This document shows positions 40,623 to 55,882 of a stretch of DNA of 64,000 nt, one piece after another. The stretch comes from Eledone cirrhosa (Eukaryota). Each line of letters begins with the position of its first letter. Position 1 is the stretch's first letter. The notes below the pieces were generated by a model. It saw only the letters and a list, made by a program, of their open reading frames with translations, had not been told where the DNA came from and made no database searches. Both the position numbers and the translations under genes were made by a program. The stretch spans positions 347,138,001-347,202,000 of the forward strand of contig OZ024741.1 of NCBI GenBank assembly GCA_964016885.1, read 5' to 3'.

Positions 40623-40850
40623 GCAGAAAGAGGGAAGGAGAGAAGGAGAAAGAGAGGGAGGAAGAGAGTGAGATGATTGCAAATGCCTTTCATGCATATA
40701 ATGGTTGAACTTGCTCGCACATCCTGTTGCTTCTTATTTAAATTCATTTCCTGGGCATATTTTTCTGGAATGTTTTATGTATTGTTTTTAACACCTTATG
40801 GTATTGCAGCTATTTTCTGCGTTTATGATTTCTCCATTTCGTAAGAGAAC

Positions 40851-41600
40851 GTGAAATTACAAGAGCGTCTCGTCAACAAAATCAATTGGGCGAACAAGTG
40901 TATCAACCGAGATGACAAACTCCTCTGCCATCTCAACTTTGCAGATGAAAACATTCTAATAGCCGTTGCACTACAAGAATTGGACGAGATGCTCCTTGTC
41001 CTCCACACTGTGAGCCAACCAGTTTGGGAAAACCAAGCTCTTGTTTAACAGCCACACTAAAATACCATCAATTGTTGTAGATGGAAAATCCATCAAGTAA
41101 GTAGACAGTTATTGTTGCCACGGAACGAAGTTTGCAAAAAAAAAAAAGACCGTTTCCAATTCCGGATGTCAAAAGAAGGATTGTGCTTCCGATTGTGCAA
41201 AGGAAAGTTGTGAAATGAATATGTTCTGTCGGTAAAGATTTATGGAAGTGAGGCGAGGCACTCAATATCACCACTGCTGAGACTCATAGTTGTCCAATAT
41301 AAAATGGAGTGATTCATGATCAGCCAAAACCATAAGTGTCAGGAGGAAAACCATAAGTGTCAGGAGGAACAACACCTGGATTCGACAGCAGACTGGAGTG
41401 AAAAGCATAAACCAGACCATTATTATGGGCGAACATAAATGGACTAGTTACGTCGGGCTTCTCAGGTAAATCGGTTATACAATTAGAGTGAGAGATTTGA
41501 GAAAAACTAAATGTCGGCAAGATGGAGCGACGAGCTGAGACCATAGACTGACTCCTCATTGCAAAGCTGCAAACACTACTACTCCAACGAAAAAAAATGT
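40851..41600 (+). mobile_element. Degenerate LINE (RTE-like) RT 3' fragment
   Basis: LCHLNFADENILIA..LQELDEML resembles the non-LTR RT (L/F)ADD region; frames broken. Confidence 0.55.
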
Positions 41601-42221
41601 TGCATACATACAATCCAGTACAAAGAATGTTATTAACTTACTTGTTTATTACTTTACTTTATCAAAACTAGCCAGGCATATAAAAAAAATAATTATTTAC
41701 AGCCATTCTCCCTTCTACCTACTCAAATGAACTTTACCTTCTAACTCCCTACCCACACATTTCCCACACAAGATACTTATTTCGCTGATTTATCTCCAAC
41801 TTCCCCATTATATTCTTTGCCATCTTGCCTCCATAGCCACTCCTCATTAATGAATACATCAGCATATTGATGGCTTTGGACTTATACACACTTTTATTGA
41901 CTTGGTTTTAATTTGTTTACTTCTATAGCTTCAGACAAAAATAATTAAAAATTAAGGAATGTGTCAAACATAAGTACAAATATAACATCGAAATCATGAA
42001 ACATTTATATAAATTGAACGTAATCATAACAATGCAAACAAGAATGCTTAAAACGCGACAAACATTGTCACTATAAAGATTTAAAGATCAATACTATAAC
42101 AATATGAAAAACTACAGATGAAAAATGCCTCAGCAAATCAACCCTCCCCAACCACATTTTCCCGCACCTAACATTTATACTCCGCCACCCAGAAAAATAC
42201 AAAGAGAAAAAACAGAAAAGA

Positions 42222-42299
<78 letters not shown>

Positions 42300-42741
42300 A
42301 TATAAACAATTCGTACAAAAGTAGTAAATATTAGTCAACGAATTCGGAGAAAAACTCTTTCTTTTTTTCTCGCTATATTGTTGTGCCAATAAGTTATTCC
42401 TGAATATCAAAGAATTGAACATACAGAGAAGAACGTCAAAACGAATATCGTGACAGATTAAGATAAATACAATAACAAAATTCGAAGCTAAACACAAACG
42501 AAAAGAAGATACTTAGAAACAAATACACACGTACACATATATACATACATATATATATATTGCTTATGCACACATACTCCCTCTCCCTCTCTCACACACA
42601 TACTCACATGCATAATCACACGCACACACATATACATATACATAAAAATACACACACACTCACCCCCCTATATATATATATATGTAGCTGTTTTAAATAT
42701 ATATATATATATAAATATATATATTTATGTATATATATTGC

Positions 42742-42799
<58 letters not shown>

Positions 42800-42992
42800 T
42801 GTATGCGAGTGATTGTGGGTGTTTGTATGTGCGTGTGTTTATGTGTATGTGCGTGTGTGTGTTTGCACTCACGCTGATAGATTTGGTCTTTGTAGAATGG
42901 CTGTCAAAATCCAATGTAATTTCCCAGTATTTTTTAATAATTTCAAAATCATGTTTTCCCGTCATTGCCACATCATTATAAATATCTACATA

Positions 42993-43025
42993 ACCACCAC
43001 CACCATCAACACAACCACCACCACC

Positions 43026-43098
<73 letters not shown>

Positions 43099-43110
43099 AT
43101 ACTACTACTG

Positions 43111-43159
<49 letters not shown>

Positions 43160-43182
43160 AACTACTACTACTACTACTACTA
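42993..43182. repeat. (CAC)n/(TAC)n microsatellite
   Basis: Direct reading. Confidence 0.95.
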
Positions 43183-44044
43183 CGTGTACTAGTAGTTGAA
43201 GAAATAGAAGAAATATTAGTTTTTACATTTGGAACAAGGCCAGCAAATTGATAGGGAGAGCAAAGTTGATTAATTTGAGAATAGTGCATAAATCGATCTA
43301 GTAAAGGATAATAATTGTTTGCCACAAACCATGTTGTCCACTGCTCTACATATACTGAAAATCCGTCACCATCAATCTCCCTCATTAACAAGAGTTAAGA
43401 TAGTTTTGTGAATAGCAAAAGCCAAATGAAATATGCCTTTTATAAAAGTTGTTTTACGTTCTCTACCTCTCTTTCCATACTTCTTTCTATTTCTTTCTTT
43501 CCTCATACTACCACCTTATTTATCCATCTGCAATGTAGAGGCTTTCAAAACGACTATTTTTTACAGAATGTTATTAATATTAGGTTTGATTGCAAGCAAA
43601 CAACCTCATTAACACCATGTGTACATTTGAGAATACTATGTATTCTCAGCAGTTCCAGAAGGTAACAGTGACGAAAAGTACGCAGTCTCTATATAGAGCA
43701 ATAACTCTGAAACTATTGTCGACCGTTTTCTCGCAGCTAACGATGGTCCAAACGGATGGCGTTGGTCATCTAGAAAATAAACATGGTATTAATGAAGCTG
43801 TCTCCTGGCAAACAAATCAAATATCAATATTATGATATTCATACAGTATTATTATACTGTCATCATTATTCACTCCCGAATACTTTCAGGTATCCATCAT
43901 GTTAAAGCGAAAACAACATTTTGTTTCAAATTTGGCACTAATTATCTATGCAAGTCAAATGTATAGGAAGTCACGTTATACTTTTAATAATCCGAGAAAT
44001 ATGTGTATATATATATATATATATTCTCGGATTATTAAAAGTAT

Positions 44045-44222
44045 AATTGTTTCTACATTTGGCACAAGGCCAGCAATTACCCAGCACAATACTGGTACTT
44101 TATTTTATCGATCCCGTAAGGATGGATGGCAAAGTTAACCTGTGCGGGATTTGAACTCAGATCGTAAAGGGATGTAACTATGCTGGAAAGCATGGCATCC
44201 GACTCTCTACCTATACTGCCAA
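44045..44222 (-). mobile_element. tRNA-derived SINE
   Basis: Shared SINE body. Confidence 0.88.
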
Positions 44223-44649
44223 CCCACCGAATGTGACTTCATATATATATATATATATACGTAAGCCGAAATCCGACGTGTGGTTTATGTATTGACGAAC
44301 GAATAACTATTCTAGAGAGATTACGCAATAATGATATTCTAAACACGAGATATGAATTGTTCACACGTTTTCCACACGTCGCCAAACACCTATTGCATAA
44401 CTACAAGGCTCCGGACTGATTCTTTGTAATTTTGTTTTCAACCTAAAAACTTTTCGGACTTTCGCAGTTATCTCTTACACCTCTCGCATGCAGTCTAGAA
44501 TTGCCTGTGTGAAGTGAGCGGGTTTCTGCGCATGCGCGTTCGTACGGTTGTCCTTCCTGTTCCTATAACCATGCCCATTCCGAGCTGAGGATCGGCTAAG
44601 GTGAAACAATTGTTCTTGGTATGGTGAACTAACTGTTGTGTAACCACTT

Positions 44650-44694
<45 letters not shown>

Positions 44695-44700
<6 letters not shown>

Positions 44701-45114
44701 ATCAAAAGATGGTTAAAGGAGTTCCATGTATTTTATTATGCGCATTTCAAAAACAAACATCATCATGCAATAATATTTGTGTTTTCATCAGATAAAACAG
44801 GAGGACATGATATGAAGGCTAAAAAACACTTGTGGATAGTGCAGTTTTAAATCAACATATGTTGATTTAAAACTGCACTATCCACAAGTGTTTTTTAGCC
44901 TTCATATCATGTCCTCCTGTTTTATCTGATGAAAACACAAATATTATTGCATGATGATGTTTGTTTTTGAAATGCGCATAATAAAATACATGGAACTCCT
45001 TTAACCATCTTTTGATCTTATATATTATGTATACTCCAGTCCTACAAACTGTAGAGTGCTTCTTATCCAATATCTGCATTGCTTTATTGTACTACAATAA
45101 AACTCACCTCCTAC

Positions 45115-45118
<4 letters not shown>
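44695..45118 (+). mobile_element. Non-coding element with a perfect ~330-bp palindrome (44695-45023) and a hammerhead in each arm, in (TA)n
   Basis: Axis at aatcaacatatgttgatt (~44859); the right arm continues ~95 bp to a TA tract. Confidence 0.88.
44920..44986 (+). ncRNA. Type I hammerhead, family F (mirror copy 44731-44797, minus strand)
   Basis: UUUUAU-CUGAUGA-AAACACAAAUAUUAU-UGC-AUGAUGAUGUUUGUUUUU-GAAAU-GCGC-AUA^AUAAAA; palindromic AUGCGCAU. Confidence 0.82.
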
Positions 45119-45188
<70 letters not shown>

Positions 45189-45884
45189 TCATCATTATAT
45201 AAAAAATATCTACACATAGAATATCTTATGTAGCCATAAATAATGCAATATTCCTAAGAAACACTTCAAACAAAAGAAATTAAGAATTTCTATCAAGTCA
45301 TGTGTATATTTCCAGACGTAGATTTGAAGCTACATTACTTCAAGTATGTCAAAAAAGTTATTTTTAAAGTAATATATGGAAGTAACTCTATCTTAATTCT
45401 TTTGAAGTTGGATAAAGCATGCATGATTCTATTTGATAACGATGTTTCGATCAGCAGCTGTGCAGATATATTAAATCCAATCATACATTATATTAATACG
45501 ATGACTAAATTATATACATAGGTTTGCATATTTATTCATGGATTGTTGTGTGTGCGCTTATGTGTATGTGTAAATAGAGTGTTACTTTTTTGCATCAGTA
45601 CGTGATAATTTGCACTCACCGTATGGCGTTAAGAATATTATTTACTTTCGTTTCTAGTTTCTACTTCTATGAATATGCGTACACCACCCATTTAGATTCC
45701 CAGCGTCACACACATAAACACACACGCACACACACTCACACACACACTCACATACACACACAGACACACACACACATATATATATATATTTATATATATA
45801 AAATGTCAAGCAAGCAAACCAAGTTGTCAGGCAGTAAATATATGTATTCAAAAATGTATTATTGTTTTCTCTGACTTTTAATAC

Positions 45885-45915
<31 letters not shown>

Positions 45916-46745
45916 TCGACATTTGGTTTCTTGGTGTCACTATGCTAGAGAGCAGCTCGTGGCAGTTTTCTTTTCCCTCTTTTTCTTTTTGTGTTCATTT
46001 ATGTGAAAAAGCATTCGTTCAAAGATTTGTTTTTACCCATTCTTTACATTTTGGAGAATGAATGTCCCATGTCAGAATAATGTTCATTAGTTGAATATTG
46101 TTCTTGACGGATATGGTGCGTGTCTCCGATTTATTTTATTGATATGTTGCTAAAGTTATGTACAGTCAGTAACTGGAATATTCGTTTATATCTTACGTCA
46201 ATTCTTTTAGGTTTTTTTTCTATTGCTAGCATGTTTCAATATCGCAGGAAGTTAATACCGGTATTTTCATTTCGATATCAATTTTGGCGCTGGTAATTAT
46301 CATATAATTTACATGCTGTGTGTATTAAGATTTTTATAGGCAAAGGCGTAGGTAGCTATTCAGAAATGTAGCGACGGGTTTTTACTTCTTAATGTATCTA
46401 TCATCTGGTTTCTATGAACATTCTGCATCGCATCATCCTGTCATTGTATATATTTGTTTTCTGCATTGCCGAGAATTGTTGATAGGATAACCGCAACACC
46501 TTTCTCGTATGCATTTATATGCGATTCATGTAGGGGGTAGAAAATGTTGAAAATTCTAGTGTTATTCAGATTTGCTTTCAAGGTAGAATATGATAAAATT
46601 GCAAGAACCTTGTTTATCGTGTTGACACAATCTGTTACCGATCCACTGAAGTTCACTTATATTAGAATTTTAGCTTTGCTATTTTCTAGAGTAACTTTGT
46701 TAACTACACAATATGATCTTGAATGTGCAAAAGAGATTTAGAAAT

Positions 46746-46822
46746 AATTGTTTCTACTTTCGGCACAAGGCCAGCAATTACAGAGTACATTACTAGTACT
46801 TCATTTTATCGACGCCGTAAGG
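46746..46822 (-). mobile_element. SINE 3' fragment
   Basis: aattgtttctactttcggcacaaggccagcaatt...gacgccgtaagg. Confidence 0.75.
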
Positions 46823-49403
46823 TTGCTATAATTTCATAAAATATAACTACAATTTCGAGCATGTTGCGCCATAGTGCAATTCTGTGTAAATTGGAGTATT
46901 GTGGAAATAGCTGTTGTTTAGCTACGTATAAAGAAGATTCTTATGCATTTGAAAATGACAGGTACGTGTCTGTTAAGAGAATTGTATTCTAATTCTAGCA
47001 GCCGGATTGACTATGAGTATGCTGTTGGCATTGCAATTGTTCTTGATGAAAATATGTCATTATATTCTAGCTATTCTTGTGACATATAATCTCAACCTGA
47101 TAGGTTTTATTTATAGTAGAAATAGGCTTTTGTGTTTGGTTCATCAGACTTATATTGATTTACAGTTGTTTATAATTTTAAAGCTATTGTAGTTGTGGCT
47201 GAGACTTTCAACGAATTTGTTGTTGTTGCTGGTGTTGGTTAAATTTTTTACTTGATACATGTTGAAAATGTTATTCATATTATTTTAGTTTCTCTGTATT
47301 TTCAAGCAAATTACAGCTCATCACCGAATTGATGCATTTGTTTCTAGACACCTTTACATACTGCACTATGCCCGAAGCGTTTTATATGCTGGTGCAAATG
47401 GCAAAACAGTATCTACTAAATTAGCTGTATTTTAACCCCCCCCCCTTTTCTAATTCGTGGTTTATTTTCTTTTTACAGAATACCTCGAACCTAACAAATG
47501 ACTTTCATTACGCATTGAAAAAAGCTAATGCACGAAAAGCAACATTATACAGATCTTTGAAAGACATCATTACAACAATGGCGCCCCAGAATTCTAAAGA
47601 CTAATAAAGCCGATAACATAATAGATACATATGACCTGGGCATTTAACTTCCTTGTAACAATCATGTTAAAAGAATCGTGACGCGAATGCTTAAACCGAT
47701 TATTTAAGTCTTCGAAATCCCATTAGAATAATTCACTATATTCCACTCCCCATGCCTGCCTAAGGATACACTTCGTCGTTTTTAAGTCTGTTAGTGACAA
47801 TTAAATCCTTTTCGACCAATAAATTCTATCTGGCAATATGGAGGTGATTTACGAGAACAAAGATCTGTTTTAAATAAGGTGAGGAATTTTTAATTAAGTA
47901 TTTAAGTGAATTTCATTACGAGACAATGGTTTCTTGTATTTGAAAAACTTTTAGAACTTCTAATAGACACATCTAATTCTAAATTAATACTGTTATATAA
48001 TTGCCTTACATTTCTTTTTATTATATACTCAATATATTCCCCTGCAGAATGTTCTTATTGTATATACATTTAATTGACTTATAAATGACTGCGTCATCTG
48101 TTCCAATAAATTCCCATACAATTTAGATCATTATACTTATTTTCCAAGCAACAATATCGATTTTAATGTGACTTTGTCTTAGCGCCAAATCTGAGCAGAT
48201 TCTATATATGTGAAAATGTAAATTTATCTGAAAACACTGTAAATATATTAAATCATATCTTAAATGTTAATAGTTTAGTTGTAATATCATATTGTCAGTC
48301 TAGTAAAAGACATAAAGACATATGCTACAATATAATATATGTAACTCCTGATTATCCAATGTCTTTGACTGAGTCATAGGGTATCAGTTCGTGTTGGAAT
48401 AACTCAGCCTCCAAGCAATCATACAACATCGACATTATACGGGATTTGGACTCGAATAAGATTAACCAAATTATAACATTAACCTGAAAATAAGATGCAT
48501 CAAAATAATACATTCTTCATTATACAGTTTCCCATAACGTTTGATTTGCCCCTCGGCATATTTAAATAAAATTCTTTAAAATATATACATTTCTAAACGT
48601 TGCTCAGACAGCATGAACCAACTGTGATCCTAAGCCTAAAAGCATAAATTGAAATATGATACTGAATCCAAAATAAGCCACAGTTATACGTATCGTCATA
48701 TATATGGTAGGTGCGAATAAGATTCCTATCTAAAATTATTACCAACGTTACTGATTATAGGTTGATTTTCATAAAACATGTTTACATTTTGAACAGTATG
48801 ATGGTAAATGTACAGTGCAGTGTTAAAATTCACATAAGAATCAGTGTTGTCCACCAGTGTTTGTAATCATCCTCGACAGGTTTCATTAGGAACTCAGTCT
48901 GTTGTTCCTACAACTGAGTCAGAATTATTGATTTGGGCCTATAAAACACTTGTTTCGCCCGACCGACAGGAAGAAATCCCATGACCTTAAGACAGAGCTT
49001 CTTGCTGATCATTCATGTTGCACTCAACGACACCACCTGCGTCCTAATAAATTGATCATCCCAGCACTCATGTACAATGCGAGCAAGCAAAGTGAGGAGG
49101 GGCCACATCATGCATGGATATAGGGTTATAAAATGTGGGTCAAGTGACCACACTAGCCCAAATATCTCTCAGCATGGTTAGGGAGTTTTTTTTCCACCCG
49201 CTCTTTATATATGTAATTCTGATCCATAAATGACTGAAAATATGGTCTTATGTTTAATCAGATATATGATCCGATATATCATGGAAAACAAAAAATGTTT
49301 TGTCTTCAATCTTAAAATATACTACTCTTGTTACGTCCCTGGTGTGAGAGAATAATCAATTATGTTTATTCGTTATTATTTTAAGACATTCAGTGGCATT
49401 AGT

Positions 49404-49581
49404 TTGGCAGTATCGGTAGAGCGTCAGACACCATGTTTTGTAGCATAGAGTTACGTCCCTTTATGATCTGAGTTCAAATCCCGCCGAGGTTAACTTTGCC
49501 TTTCATCCTTACGGGGTCGATAAAATAAAGTACCAGTAATGTACTGTGAATTGCTGGCCTTGTGCCTAAAAATAGAAACAA
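49404..49581 (+). mobile_element. tRNA-derived SINE with TSD
   Basis: SINE body; TSD attttaagacattca at 49378 and 49584. Confidence 0.9.
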
Positions 49582-50782
49582 TGATTTTAAGACATTCAAT
49601 ATGGGTCGGCATACTTATAGATTGACGTAAAGTATTGGCATATGTTACAACTTCGACGTGACGAAAATATGCAGTTAGTTTCACTGCACATTTGGGGTTC
49701 AAAATACATTTAGTGTTTTCTAATTAAACATCGTATAACTTATTGATTCTACTCTCATCTTGCATTTACATATAATGTCACATATTTCGAAAAATAAAAT
49801 GTTAAAATATTTTCAACAACATTTAATGTTTCATATTCCAGATAACATGCAGTCACCATGCACATAATACGAACATGATTTTAGTAACTATCGTCCATGG
49901 GAAATAATCTTTCAGCTATATTTTCACATTATTTTGTATGTTATTGGGGAGGGAGCATCAGATTAGCAGATTTATTCAGATTTCTTTGAGCATCGAAAAC
50001 CGATAAAAAAAAAACTTTGTGCTATTTGTTCCTGCAATTTACTTCCTGAATTCAAATCCATCAGAAATCAAGTCAGATTTTCCTTTCATCTTGCCGGAAT
50101 TGATAGAAAGAATTACCCGACAAATACTGATGTTAATAAAGTCAGCAGTCCCGAAATCGCAGGACATGTTTATAGCTTAAAAATCATTATTACATACATC
50201 AGGTTTAATCCTTTGTCAGGGTTAACATCACCGACAGATTATTCGATTCCCTAAGCATGTTCTTCTATATTATATGTAATCAGATTTTGATTTTCATTCT
50301 AAACAAGACATCTACCTTTCATCCCAGAGCCTTTGAATTGCTGATGGTAATGATCACGGGCTTACTAAATTATACATAGAAATAGATATGCAATATTGCA
50401 TTTCTTGCTGGTTCACATTACACGATCATATTTCATATAACAATATTTTCTAATCAAACAACTTATATCCTTATCTATAAGTCGTCATACTATAATTATT
50501 TTCATCTGCTATTTTAGCACCTCCAAATCATAATGATTTCTGTTATTAAATTTATATTACTTGACTAGAAAACTCATGATGTACATTACGTGGAGATATC
50601 TCAATTTACACTGATGGGAAATTGACATATATAAACTGCATTTACTATAACCGTCTATGCAGTTACTTTTCACATTGTAGCGCACATATATCCTAGTATC
50701 ACCATGGTCTTTCCATTACAGAATGTACGTCACCATACGTAACGCATATAATTCAATCCACTGGGTTTCCTTGCTCTCTCTC

Positions 50783-50862
<80 letters not shown>

Positions 50863-51100
50863 ACACATGTATATATATATACATAAAAGAGCGAGAGGAG
50901 TGAAGGAGGAAGCAAGGGAAGGTTAGTAAATTGTGGTTTATTAGGTCGGAAAATAGATGAAAATTGCCTGGTGGGGCAGGCGTGTATTCCGAGGTGCGGG
51001 CATGGTGACCAGGCAGTGTAATGTGAGCTGTTTCATGTGTGCAGATAGAGTACATGTTGTGGGTGTGCCGTATTGATTATATGTATATATATAATCAATA

Positions 51101-51225
51101 GTGCCCACCGAAGAAGACGGTCTGATCGAACGTATAAATGAGGTCTGATAGTATACAGTTATATAACTGCTATAGATCAGACAATATGTCGATATGATCA
51201 ACCCTCCGAAACGATCGTAAAACAA
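51101..51225 (+). ncRNA. Candidate degenerate long-stem-II hammerhead
   Basis: CCGAAGA-AGACGGUCUGAUC...[hairpin gtctgat..atcagac]...GAUCAACCCUCC-GAAAC-GAUC-GUA. Palindromic ACGAUCGU, but stem I does not pair. Confidence 0.4.
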
Positions 51226-51294
51226 TTTCATGAATAGGTAAAATAACTTGACTTTGTTGTTTTTATTGTTAATACTGTATATATATATATATAC

Positions 51295-51362
<68 letters not shown>

Positions 51363-51681
51363 GTGTGTTGAGTTTTCCTCCCGCTTTTCTGTCCACGTTA
51401 ACATGGACACCTTTATTTTGTGCAACCACATTATATGAACATTTGTATTTGTAGAGGTCAATAACCAGATTTCGAAAGTGAATTACATATTCATATTTAT
51501 TATATTCACGTATTAAACCATAACTATAATGAAGCAAATATCCACTGGCATATCTCCCATATTGAATGATATTGCAATTTATGTTATTTTATACATTATA
51601 TTAGTAGAAACGTTTACTAGCGTATCAGTTCCAGGCTTCAATATTTTGAATGCTTCATAAATTATCTGTATTTCAAGTATT

Positions 51682-51858
51682 TTGGCAGTATCGGTAGAGG
51701 GTTGGACGCCATGCTTTCTAGCATAGTTACGTCCCTTTACAGTCTGAGTTCAAATCCCGCCGAGGTTAACTTTTCCTTTCATCCTTACGGGGTCGATAAA
51801 ATAAAGTACCATAATTTGCTGATTAATTGCTGGCCTTGTGCCCAAAGTAGAAACAATT
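51682..51858 (+). mobile_element. tRNA-derived SINE
   Basis: Shared SINE body with B-box gagttcaaatccc. Confidence 0.9.
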
Positions 51859-53454
51859 ATTTAAATATTATAAACACGTTGAAAATGTGTAACTGTAACG
51901 GTTTCTTCTTTGTTGCAAGCAATAGGGGAATGTCATAGCTGCTGAGCAAAACTCCATATCTTGGTAAGTGGTTCTATTCCTATTGCTGCAACGTAAGACA
52001 CGATTTTTTCACGTTCCAGTATTAGGCCCAGGGAACATTCAAAAAGTTACCTTGAGCACTGGACCTCGTCTCGTAACTGAGCTATACTATATCATTCATT
52101 GCTTACATTTTAGCATAAGCTATCATTTTGACAAAAAAGAATTTCTAATCTTTATCTAAATTGCTGATTCAGTTACAATTTCTTACCTAGGTACCTTTGA
52201 ATTCTTTAGACGTTAAATTAAATTATATCTTGATCGTATTTCATTCTTACGTCTATATACTTAATTCGATATCCTGGCAATCAGTGACTTTCATTAACGT
52301 ATCTTAATTACATATTAAGTCTCTTTCAATCATCGCTTAATTCTCGCTTAACTTACTTTTATTGTAACCTACTCCGCGATACCAATCTATGGAATGATTA
52401 TCTTTTGAGTCAATATTCATTTCATTAGCTACCTTCTTTGTAAAGATATAAAGCTGTTTAAAATTCCCTTACTGTTATGCGTTAATTTCTGTTATATGTG
52501 CCTTTATAACATTACAAATTAGATAGATTATTTTCCCGATGATATAAATGTCATTTATTAAATACTTTCAGTTACGTAAATATCATTGATATAGGTTTAC
52601 GCGTGTCCCATAAAATGTCTCCTACCCTTTAAAGTTTATGCAGGTGCTAAGAATTTCAGGTCATCTATATTTATATCTGTTACTCTCTTTATTTCTACAA
52701 AATTGTGGTATTTCCCATTGCCACCTTCCTAAATATTGTCGTAATACCTACATACCTACAAATATATATACATAGATATATGCATATAGACGAGTACATA
52801 TGCATGCGTACACATACACACATTCACCCCCCCCCCCCATATATATATATATATATATATATCAGACTTTGTAGCTTAGTTTATCTGATCGATTTTAAGT
52901 CTCTTATAGGGTTACTCCCTGGATAATGGGTTTTTATACCAGAAAGTATTTGGCATCGCTAAAGTTACTAAGATTATTTTGTTATCTTGGCAATTTAACA
53001 TTCTCTATGCCCATTGCGCTTGTCTTCAAAATTTAGGTTTGTGTTTCATATTTGTATATATCCGGGATAAACTTAAATATATATATATATATTTTTTTTA
53101 TCTATTTTTTATCTATTTAAAAACTTAAATATATATATATATATATATATATTTTATTTATTTTTTATCTATTTCTTATCTATTTTTTTTATCTATTTTT
53201 ATCTTTTTTATCTATTTTTTATCTATTTTTTATCTACCTCTTATCTATTTTTTATCTATCTCTATCTCTTAACTTGTGCCCATCCGTCTAGCATATGTTA
53301 TTTGTATTAGTGTATACTGTATGTGTTGCATACGGGTGCTTGTGTGTAGGTGCATATGGGTGCTCATGCTTATGCGTATACTTGTATGTAGCTGTATGTT
53401 AACGGAACCCTGCCAAACTGTGAGTGATAACATTTCTTATTTTTCATTTTTATT

Positions 53455-53805
53455 CTTATTTTTATTTTTATTTTTATTTATTTTTATTTTTATTTTTATT
53501 TTTATTTTTATTTTTATTTTTATTTTTATTTTTATTATTTTTATTTTTATTTTTATTTTTATTTTTATTTTTATTTTTATTTTTATTTTTATTTTTATTT
53601 TTATTTTTATTTTTATTTTTATTTTTATTTTTATTTTTATTTTTATTTTTATTTTTATTTTTATTTTTATTTTTATTTTTATTTTTATTTTTATTTTTAT
53701 TTTTATTTTTATTTTTATTTTTATTTTTATTTTTATTTTTATTTTTATTTTTATTTTTATTTTTATTTTTATTTTTATTTTTATTTTTATTTTTATTTTT
53801 ATTTT
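53455..53805. repeat. (TTTTTA)n tract inside the pLTR (shorter copy at ~59530-59702)
   Basis: Direct reading. Confidence 0.95.
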
Positions 53806-53927
53806 ACTCTTTTCTTATTTTACTCCTTTTACTTTACTCTTTAAACTCCTCCCAACTTATGGTATCCCCACATATATTCTTCTGTTTTGGCTTTGTCAAT
53901 GCTTGTATACTATGTATTTACTCTTTA

Positions 53928-53973
53928 TGCTCTGAAGAGTCCCACTTCTAGTGTGGACGAAACACTGTTAGCA
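53928..53973 (+). ncRNA. Minimal hammerhead in the PLE4 5' pLTR (family G)
   Basis: UGCU-CUGAAGA-GUCCCAC-UUCUA-GUGUGGAC-GAAAC-ACU-GUU^AGCA. Confidence 0.85.
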
Positions 53974-54182
53974 ATTAAAGATATACCTATGTTCTAAGCG
54001 CTCTTTGTTGTTAATTGTATTACGGCTCTGTCCTCTGACATTGAGCTAACCATATACTGCCTATTTGATAAGTGGAGTGTTACACACTCCCAATTCTCTC
54101 CCTTATATATTATACGGCTCCCACTGGTTGAGCTTCAACTTTGATATACGTGAATTTATATTCTTGTGTATCATCAGGCAGT

Positions 54183-55833
54183 ATGCTAACAAAGACATAC
54201 TTACCCATTTCTTTGAAGAATATTCCCACCCCTTCTAAAGTTTCATATGAGAAATTGCTTATAACTAGCATAAATTCCTTTGTAAAACGTGTTCGGTGGC
54301 GTGCGTTCCATTTTGATAAGAAGTATGATAACCCTGATGATAAGTGTAGTTTTAATAATTATGGCTTTAAGACATATAGGAGCCCCCCACACGATAGCCT
54401 ATTGGATAATTTCGAAAGTGAGCTGTTATCCCTTGTCAGGAATATTAGGTATAAAACATCTAGATGTACCAATAAGTTTCAGAGTAAACTCGGTTCTATC
54501 GTTAAGGACTTTAAGGATAATAAATCTATTCTGGTCCCTTCCGACAAAACTAAAAACCTGTATAGTATGGATTATAAAACTTATCGTGGCTTCATTTATA
54601 ATGAACTACATAGGAACTACAAAAAAACAACGCAGAGTAATTTAGATAATATTAATCTAGAGGGGTATAACATAGTAGTAAAATTAGGTCTAGATAAACA
54701 CACTTAACCATATTACCCCAAATAGCCTAGATTCACCCTTAAGGACCATAAGGAAAACTTTATTAGTAGCCCCTCAGTTAGGCTTATCTGCCCCTCCAAG
54801 TCTGATTTGGGGATTATAAGTAAGAGAATCTTAGATAGCGTAATTCCCCTGGTTAAAGAAAAAACATTCCTTGAGCTTTGGGGTAATACTAGTGAAGTCA
54901 TTAGGTGGTTTTCTACGGATTGTGAGAGTGATTCGCTTAGGTTTATCCAATTTGATATTGATGCTTATTATACATCTATATCTCCTATCATCCTCAATAA
55001 GGCCCTTATCCTAGCCATGCAGAGAGGGGTCATTACACGGCCACAGATAGATATTGTTCTCGCTGCACGTAAAACCATCATTATGTTTGAGGATAATTTA
55101 TGGACGAGAAAAAACACACCGGATAATTTTGACATTACTATTGTGTCAAGTGATTCTGCTCAGGTCACCGACTTGGTTGGGCTCTACCTCCTTACTGAAC
55201 TACATAGTAACTTCCCATTCCTTAGGGGTGGGTTGTACCGTGATGATGCCCTACTCTCCATAGATGCTAGCAAGTATAATATAGTGTGCATTAGGAAAAA
55301 GCTGTATAAATTCTTTAAAACCTTCAATCTGTCCATTACTATGGATATAAATGATAGGACTGTCAACTCCCTTGATGTTACATTGGACTTAGGTAACCAT
55401 ACGTACACACCGTACCATAAGCCTAATGAATTGCTGACTTATGTGAATACTAACTCCAACCACCCTAAGTCGGTCATCAGTGGTATATTGAAGGGGGTCT
55501 CTAACAGAATAAGTTCACTCTCACGTAGCGAAGAGGCGTTTAAATCGCAGGCTGATTATTATAATGATGCCTTAGCTAGATCCGGCTTTAGGGACAAATT
55601 ACATTATGCTCAGGGAAATAATAGTCCAATTAGTAGCTCTACCAGTGTTGTTATAACACATAATATGTCTATTGGTAATAGAGGTGTTTCGAACATGAGG
55701 GTTTTGAACGCCGGTAAAATGCACCAACAGGGTACCAATGGACTAAGTAACAGTAATGGTAGGCCTCTTAGCTCCCCGCATAGATTAGGTGAACATAGTA
55801 ACCTTAGCAATGGAATTAATAATAATAATAATA

Positions 55834-55882
<49 letters not shown>

